From: Actinomycetes bacterium
GTDB lineage: Bacteria; Actinomycetota; Coriobacteriia; Anaerosomatales; JAGXFU01
Assembly (NCBI GenBank): GCA_024637115.1
Contig: JAGXFU010000010.1
Coordinates: forward strand, 2,317 to 66,316
Reading direction: 5' to 3'
DNA: 64,000 bases
The number at the start of each line of letters is the position of its first letter. Position 1 is the stretch's first letter. Below are positions 58,680 to 64,000 of the stretch, one piece after another. The notes beneath the pieces are model-generated. The model did not search any database and had not been told where the DNA came from. It saw only the letters and a program-made list of their open reading frames with translations. The position numbers were made by a program, and so were the translations under genes.

Positions 58680-59033
58680 ATGAACCAGAGTCACCGCAGA
58701 ACACACGGGGTGGGCCACTTCATTGATTTCGCTCGTGGCCGAGGAGGGCGCGGTTATCGCCGCATACCCGTCGATGGAATCGACACGTGCACGCTGGATG
58801 CAGTGCGCGGAGGCGACGTGGTCGAGATCGTGGGTGTCGATGATCAGGGCGCGCGTATCCATGCTCTGCGCTTTGGCATGGCGGAGGGATCTCAGGCACG
58901 TTGCGTAACGCGCATCCCTGCCGGGCCCATCGTCATGCGCTCAGGGCGCCAGGAAATCGCTGTCGGGCGCAAGCTGGCCCAACGCATTCGCGTGCGGCGT
59001 ATTGACACCGGAGATATCAGGAAGGCTGGCTAG
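58680..59033 (+). CDS. feoA: Ferrous iron transport protein A
   Basis: ALRFGMAEG, PAGPI, IAVGRKLAQRI; precedes feoB. Confidence 0.88.
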   Translation: MNQSHRRTHGVGHFIDFARGRGGRGYRRIPVDGIDTCTLDAVRGGDVVEIVGVDDQGARIHALRFGMAEGSQARCVTRIPAGPIVMRSGRQEIAVGRKLAQRIRVRRIDTGDIRKAG

Positions 59034-59035
59034 AG

Positions 59036-60919
59036 ATGGCTGCGGATACGAGCAAAGCCGGAAGCCCAGTGGCTCACTGTCATGCGCCAAACTCCCTCAT
59101 AGCACGTGAGGACGTTGAGCAGGTCGTACTTGTCGGCAATCCGAATGTCGGTAAGTCCGTTGTGTTCAACGCGCTCACCGGAATCTACGTTGACGTGTCG
59201 AACTACCCCGGCACGACCGTCGAGCTGACCCGGGGGCAGATTGGAAATCGTGACCTGGTCGATACTCCCGGTGTATATGGGGTCTCAAGTTTCAACGATG
59301 AAGAGACTGTTGCGCGGGACGTCATCCTTGATGCCGATACGGTCATCAACGTGGTCGATGCGGTGCATATCGAGCGCGATCTCTTTCTCACGCTGCACTT
59401 GCTCGATATGGGTAAGCGCATGGTAGTTGCTCTCAACATGGCTGATGAGGCCCGTGCTGCGGGCGTCGTGATTGACAGGGACCTGCTAGAGGATCTCCTC
59501 GGCGTTCCGGTGATTGAGACCGTGGCCGTAAAGGGTCTGGGAATTGATGCCCTCGTAGAGGCACTCGGTTCCGCACGAACGGGACACGGAGATCGCGAGC
59601 TCGATGTCGAACTGCTGGAGATGGCCGCTCGCTGCGGCACCCGAGCAGAGGCGCTCATGGTGCTTGAGGGCGATGAGACGGTCGCTGCCCGTCACGGACT
59701 TGATCCGGCAGATCTGCGCGACGGGATCTACACTCGCCGCCGCTCCCGGGTCAACGATCTCGTGGGGCATGTCCTCACCGAAACAACCCAGGGAGTCAAT
59801 CTCAAGTCACGGCTCTCGTTTGCCATGATGCATCCGGCTACTGGCCTGCCGCTGCTGGGCCTGCTTCTCTGGGGCATGTATGTGGTTCTCGGTCAGTGGG
59901 TGGCGGGCGGAGTCGTTGGCGTGCTTGAGGAATCCGTCATGCAGGGCTACTGGGAGCCACTGGTACGCACCGTAGTCAGTTCAGTGTTCGCGGTCGGATC
60001 GCCGATCTACACGATTCTCGCCGGCGAATTCGGCGTACTCACACTGACCCCCACGTATCTCATTGGTGTCATCTTGCCGCTCGTTACTGCGTTCTATCTC
60101 CTTCTTGGATTGCTCGAGGACTCAGGGTACCTGCCAAGGATAGCCGCGCTGGCTGACCGATCTCTAACCGGAATCGGACTCAATGGCCGTGCGGTGATTC
60201 CTCTGATCCTCGGCCTCGGCTGCGTGACCATGGGTACGCTCACAACGCGCATTCTGGGCAGTCGGCGTGAGCGCTTCATTGCGACCGCCCTCATGGCGAT
60301 TGCGGTTCCCTGTTCCGCTCAAATCGCTGTCATTGCTGCGCTCATGACCAGCACGGGGCCGCTGTACGCTGCAGGCTATATCGGGGCGTTACTTCTGATT
60401 TTTGTTGCCGTTGGCACCGCTCTCAACAAACTTACCCCCGGAACTTCAACCGATCTGCTTATTGATATCCCGAGTCTCAGGCTGCCGCGCGCTGACAACG
60501 TTGTGCGAAAGACGGTGACCAAGGTGTGGCACTTCATGAAAGAAGTAGCACTCTTCTTCCTTGCGGGAGCCCTCATCATCTCCGTGCTCGATGTGACCGG
60601 CGCACTTGCATGGATACAGGAGGCGCTCATTCCCCTGACGGTCGGGTGGCTCGGTCTGCCCCCAGAGGCTGCCACCGCGTTCGTCATGGGATTCGTTCGT
60701 AGAGACTTTGGAGCCGCGGGCTTCTTCACCATGAGCCTTTCCTCGGCACAGCTGCTTGTGGCCATGGTCACCATCACGCTGTTCGTGCCGTGCATTGCAA
60801 GCATCATGGTGATCGTGAAGGAGCGCGGGTGGGGCTACATGGCAGGTCTGTTTGCCGGTTCTGTCAGCATCGCATTTCTGGTGGGTGGCCTACTGGCGCG
60901 ACTGCTTGGGGTGGTATAG
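59036..60919 (+). CDS. feoB: Ferrous iron transport protein B
   Basis: GNPNVGKS, NYPGTTV, DTPG, NMAD, EDSGYLPR, GLGC, VPCSAQ. Confidence 0.96.
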   Translation: MAADTSKAGSPVAHCHAPNSLIAREDVEQVVLVGNPNVGKSVVFNALTGIYVDVSNYPGTTVELTRGQIGNRDLVDTPGVYGVSSFNDEETVARDVILDADTVINVVDAVHIERDLFLTLHLLDMGKRMVVALNMADEARAAGVVIDRDLLEDLLGVPVIETVAVKGLGIDALVEALGSARTGHGDRELDVELLEMAARCGTRAEALMVLEGDETVAARHGLDPADLRDGIYTRRRSRVNDLVGHVLTETTQGVNLKSRLSFAMMHPATGLPLLGLLLWGMYVVLGQWVAGGVVGVLEESVMQGYWEPLVRTVVSSVFAVGSPIYTILAGEFGVLTLTPTYLIGVILPLVTAFYLLLGLLEDSGYLPRIAALADRSLTGIGLNGRAVIPLILGLGCVTMGTLTTRILGSRRERFIATALMAIAVPCSAQIAVIAALMTSTGPLYAAGYIGALLLIFVAVGTALNKLTPGTSTDLLIDIPSLRLPRADNVVRKTVTKVWHFMKEVALFFLAGALIISVLDVTGALAWIQEALIPLTVGWLGLPPEAATAFVMGFVRRDFGAAGFFTMSLSSAQLLVAMVTITLFVPCIASIMVIVKERGWGYMAGLFAGSVSIAFLVGGLLARLLGVV

Positions 60920-61135
60920 ATGGCCTCGGTCACTCCGTGCCCGGCTTGCGGACTCACGACACCATCAGCCGAGATTCGCTGTCCACGGTGCAACGCCCTG
61001 AAGCTGACGGCCTGCAGCGGTGCATGCTTGTTGTGCGCGTCCAAGTGCAGCACGTCATCCAACCCTGCCAAGGGCCGGGAGTTCAGACTAGCTGAGCCAG
61101 AACAGAGCGATGATGGCCCATCCGATCAGGAATAG
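60920..61135 (+). CDS. Small Cys-rich protein coupled to feoB
   Basis: ATG immediately after the feoB stop; CPAC, CPRC, CSGACLLCASKC. Confidence 0.65.
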   Translation: MASVTPCPACGLTTPSAEIRCPRCNALKLTACSGACLLCASKCSTSSNPAKGREFRLAEPEQSDDGPSDQE

Positions 61136-61248
61136 CGTGAACAAGATGCCGCAACCCACGCGGAATGCGCGGACGAGTTCGCGGTCGGGGTCATACTGTC
61201 CTTTGGCGAGCGGGGCCATTCGATTCTCCGAACGAGTGGGCGGTTGGC

Positions 61249-61917
61249 CTAGACAGCGGCAACACGTCTAACCGAGGTGATGGTCGGGACTCTGTTCAGG
61301 GTGTCAACGACTTCATCAGGTGCCGGTGTATCCGTTTCGATGACCATGAGCGCACGGGCACCTCGGGCTTCACGTGAGACGCGCATGGCAGCGATGTTGA
61401 CGCCGCTCTCTGCCAGCACGCTTGAGACGGCCGCGATTTCCCCCGGGCGGTCAACATGTTCGACCACGAGCGCGGGTAGTTCGCCGGTCATCTCAATCTC
61501 AAAATCATCGATAGCCACAAGCAGCACGTCGCCGCCTCCGAGAGACGCGCCCTGGATTCGCATCCGTCTCTCACCTTCTGCGAGCTGAAAGACAGCCGTG
61601 TTCGGGTGGACCTCGCCCAGGTCGATGGTTTCAAAACTGACCGAGAGACCCGCTTCGCCCGCGAGCGCGATCGACCGTCTGATATCGGGATTGTCGGGTG
61701 CCATTCCAAGGAGCCCCGCCACGAGGGCCAGGTCGGTTCCATGACCATGACCTGTGGTCGCAAATGAACCGTGCAATCCAATGTGAGCGCTCGTGGGCGC
61801 TGCACCGAATACCGCGCGCGCAAGAGCGCCAAGTCGAACCGCTCCTGCGGTGTGGCTGGAGGACGGTCCGATCATGATGGGACCGACGATGTCGAAGATG
61901 CTGCGTTGGCGTGCCAT
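61249..61917 (-). CDS. sdaAB: Fe-S L-serine dehydratase beta subunit with ACT domain
   Basis: IFDIVGPIMIGPSSSHTAGA, HGSF..TGHGHGTD, DRPGEIA. Confidence 0.94.
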   Translation of the reverse strand: MARQRSIFDIVGPIMIGPSSSHTAGAVRLGALARAVFGAAPTSAHIGLHGSFATTGHGHGTDLALVAGLLGMAPDNPDIRRSIALAGEAGLSVSFETIDLGEVHPNTAVFQLAEGERRMRIQGASLGGGDVLLVAIDDFEIEMTGELPALVVEHVDRPGEIAAVSSVLAESGVNIAAMRVSREARGARALMVIETDTPAPDEVVDTLNRVPTITSVRRVAAV

Positions 61918-62041
61918 TCGCTAAGTGTACTCCGCAAGAAGGCTGTTTGCTGCAGGCGCGTTGCGCATCTGCGGCAGCGCACGATACGATGTGCGCGCGC
62001 ATCCGCGTTGTTCAGGCAAGCGTCACGAAAGGATTCAACAC

Positions 62042-62587
62042 ATGTCGGAGCTCACACAGAACAAGCAGGTGACCATCCTGCTCGCCGTAGTGGCTGTATT
62101 GCTTGCGGCGATCATTGGTCTCCTCGTCTGGCAAAACACCCGTCTACCGGACCCGGATCCCAGTGCAGTCGCGGCCCAGCAAGGCGCAGTGACCGATCCT
62201 GCTGCCAACCCGAGCCCGGCCACTCCCGCCGTTGGTGGGGACTTTGATCCTGCCACCGCACCTGCGGTGCCCGCAGAGCAGACTCCGGAGCAGTACGTCA
62301 ATGCGTACTACGAGGCTTGTCAGGCCGGCGACTACGAAGCCGCCTTCGTCATGCTTCCAACGGCCACTCAGACCTACTACGGCGATTCTGCTGGTTTCGC
62401 CTCAACCCTGCAGGGCTACGGTGTTACCGGTTTTGCGGTACAGCCGCAGGTAGAGGTGGATGCTGAGACGATCACGGTTGTTGGCGCCCAGGATGCTCAG
62501 GGCATGTCATTCCCCTATACATGGACGTTCAAGTTGGGCGAGAACGGTTCGTGGCTTTGCGCCAGTCGTGACATGGGTGGCGTGTAG
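62042..62587 (+). CDS. Hypothetical membrane-anchored protein (TM, Pro/Ala linker, globular C-terminal domain)
   Basis: AAGGA SD before ATG 62042; TPEQYVNAYYEA..GDYEAA. Confidence 0.7.
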   Translation: MSELTQNKQVTILLAVVAVLLAAIIGLLVWQNTRLPDPDPSAVAAQQGAVTDPAANPSPATPAVGGDFDPATAPAVPAEQTPEQYVNAYYEACQAGDYEAAFVMLPTATQTYYGDSAGFASTLQGYGVTGFAVQPQVEVDAETITVVGAQDAQGMSFPYTWTFKLGENGSWLCASRDMGGV

Positions 62588-62727
62588 CACCGAGTAGCCT
62601 TACCCGCGCGCTGCAATTTTGCGACGCCCCGTGTTTTCGGGGCGTCGCTGTGCATTGCGCCGGCAACGATGGGAACCCGCTCACAGAGAGTCGGCACCGC
62701 GTCACTTCTGCGTGCTAGTCTGGGCGG

Positions 62728-64000
62728 ATGATGACGCAGGAGCTCACCCGACTGATCGTGCCGGGCACCGATCCAGATATCGTCGAGGCGTACGCTTCGC
62801 TCGCCGAGCGCGCGCTCGATACGGTCTTTGGGTTCGAAGAAGAAGTCATCTACGTAGACATCGAGACTACGGGCTTCGACCCCAACCATGATGCCATCAT
62901 TGAGATTGCAGCGGCCCGGGCAAAAGGTCCCGAGATCGTTGAGCGCTTTCACACGATGGTTCACCCGGGGCAATCGGTCCCGCTTGAAATCACGCAACTG
63001 ACCGGCATCGATGATGCGATGCTCAAGGGAGCCCCGGGGCCGGAGGCAGCGGCGATTCGACTTGCGGAGTTCGTGGGGGGCCGCGATATCGTTGCCCACA
63101 ATGCATCGTTCGATCGCGAGTTCCTGTTGCGCGCGGGCGGCACCTCGCGGTATCCGGGCGCATGGATCGACTCTCTTCAGCTCGCATTGATCGGTCTGCC
63201 CCGACTGCGCAGTCACCGGCTCGTTGACCTTGCCAGCGCGTTTGGAGCGTCCGAGCCGACCCATCGTGCCACCGCTGATGTCGAAGCTCTTGCCACGATC
63301 TACCGGGTCGCCCTTGTGGCACTCTCTGATTTGCCATCAGGCCTTCTTGGCAGAGTGGCGGGGCTGGCGCCGGAGACGGACTGGGCCGCCCGACCCATCA
63401 TTTCCCACATAGCGGCAGGCGCTCATGCGACCACGCACGACCTGAAGGAGACCCGGAGGCATCGCGTATCAGCGGACAAGGCTGATGCGCTCTTTGATGC
63501 CGACGATGTCGAGTGCGTATGCCCGTCGGCAGAAGATGTCATGGCCGAGTTCTCGCCCGAAGGAATCGCCGGGCGGATGTACTCAGGATTCGAGCCTCGA
63601 GGTGAGCAAGCTCGGATGGCCCAAGAGGTACTGGGGGCGTTCGGTGAGCGCAGGCACGTTGCGATCGAGGCCGGAACCGGTGTTGGAAAGTCGGTCGCCT
63701 ACCTCGTTCCTGCCGCGAGATTCGCGCTGGAGAACGGCGTGAGCATCGGAATCGCCACCAAGACGAACTCGCTTATGGACCAACTTGTGTACGCGGAACT
63801 CCCCGCTCTGTGTTCGGCGCTGGCCGCCGACAGCGACAGTGAGGCGGAGCCGCTCGGGCCGTTGCGATACGTATCGCTCAAGGGCTATGACCACTATCCG
63901 TGTCTACGCAAGCTTGAGAGACATGCGGCGGGACTCGCCGGGGTCAGAGAGCACGAGCTTGTGAGTATCGCGGCACTCCTCGCATGGATCGAGCAGAGCT
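62728..64000 (+). CDS. dinG: DEDDh exonuclease-DinG family helicase fusion, 3'-truncated (missing from the ORF track)
   Basis: VDIETTG, AHNASFD, HRATAD, EAGTGVGKS, LKGYDHYPC; reading frame appears to run off the window end. Confidence 0.9.
   Translation, partial: MMTQELTRLIVPGTDPDIVEAYASLAERALDTVFGFEEEVIYVDIETTGFDPNHDAIIEIAAARAKGPEIVERFHTMVHPGQSVPLEITQLTGIDDAMLKGAPGPEAAAIRLAEFVGGRDIVAHNASFDREFLLRAGGTSRYPGAWIDSLQLALIGLPRLRSHRLVDLASAFGASEPTHRATADVEALATIYRVALVALSDLPSGLLGRVAGLAPETDWAARPIISHIAAGAHATTHDLKETRRHRVSADKADALFDADDVECVCPSAEDVMAEFSPEGIAGRMYSGFEPRGEQARMAQEVLGAFGERRHVAIEAGTGVGKSVAYLVPAARFALENGVSIGIATKTNSLMDQLVYAELPALCSALAADSDSEAEPLGPLRYVSLKGYDHYPCLRKLERHAAGLAGVREHELVSIAALLAWIEQS

Noticed and set aside
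61366-61381. parS-like GGCTTCACGTGAGACG inside sdaAB
   Set aside because: Four mismatches to the perfect sites and lies within coding sequence

Overview
This is a high-GC bacterial chromosome segment containing the replication origin, probably from an anaerobic Actinomycetota (Coriobacteriia-like; inferred from gene order and content only). The core is gyrA-orf-gyrB-dciA-recF-dnaN-[oriC]-dnaA-orf-[DnaA boxes] on the minus strand, then rpmH-rnpA-yidD-yidC-jag-[2x parS]-rsmG-parA-parB-ytxH-addB-addA on the plus strand. The left flank holds amt with two P-II genes, a giant cyclic beta-1,2-glucan synthase, a Ufa/cfa-like lipid-modification cluster, tRNA-Ile and a MacAB-type exporter. The right flank holds rlmN, a reverse rubrerythrin, a multiheme cytochrome c, htrA, an MFS transporter, ddl, a sensor kinase, a P-type ATPase under a yybP-ykoY riboswitch, sdaAA/sdaAB split by a feoAB cassette, and a truncated DinG. 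I saw no mobile elements or CRISPR arrays. The main highlights are: (1) a membrane-anchored rhodanese-thioredoxin fusion with an in-frame UGA (UPSC motif, SECIS-like hairpin) that the ORF track splits in two; (2) a ~360-nt terminator-bounded, highly structured, GAG-rich ncRNA candidate next to it; (3) a GHKL ATPase-wHTH gene between the upstream DnaA-box cluster and dnaA; (4) a ~200-nt rod-like RNA candidate between jag and parS; (5) a contracted CGCH heme motif. All calls come from reading the sequence by eye; no searches were run.
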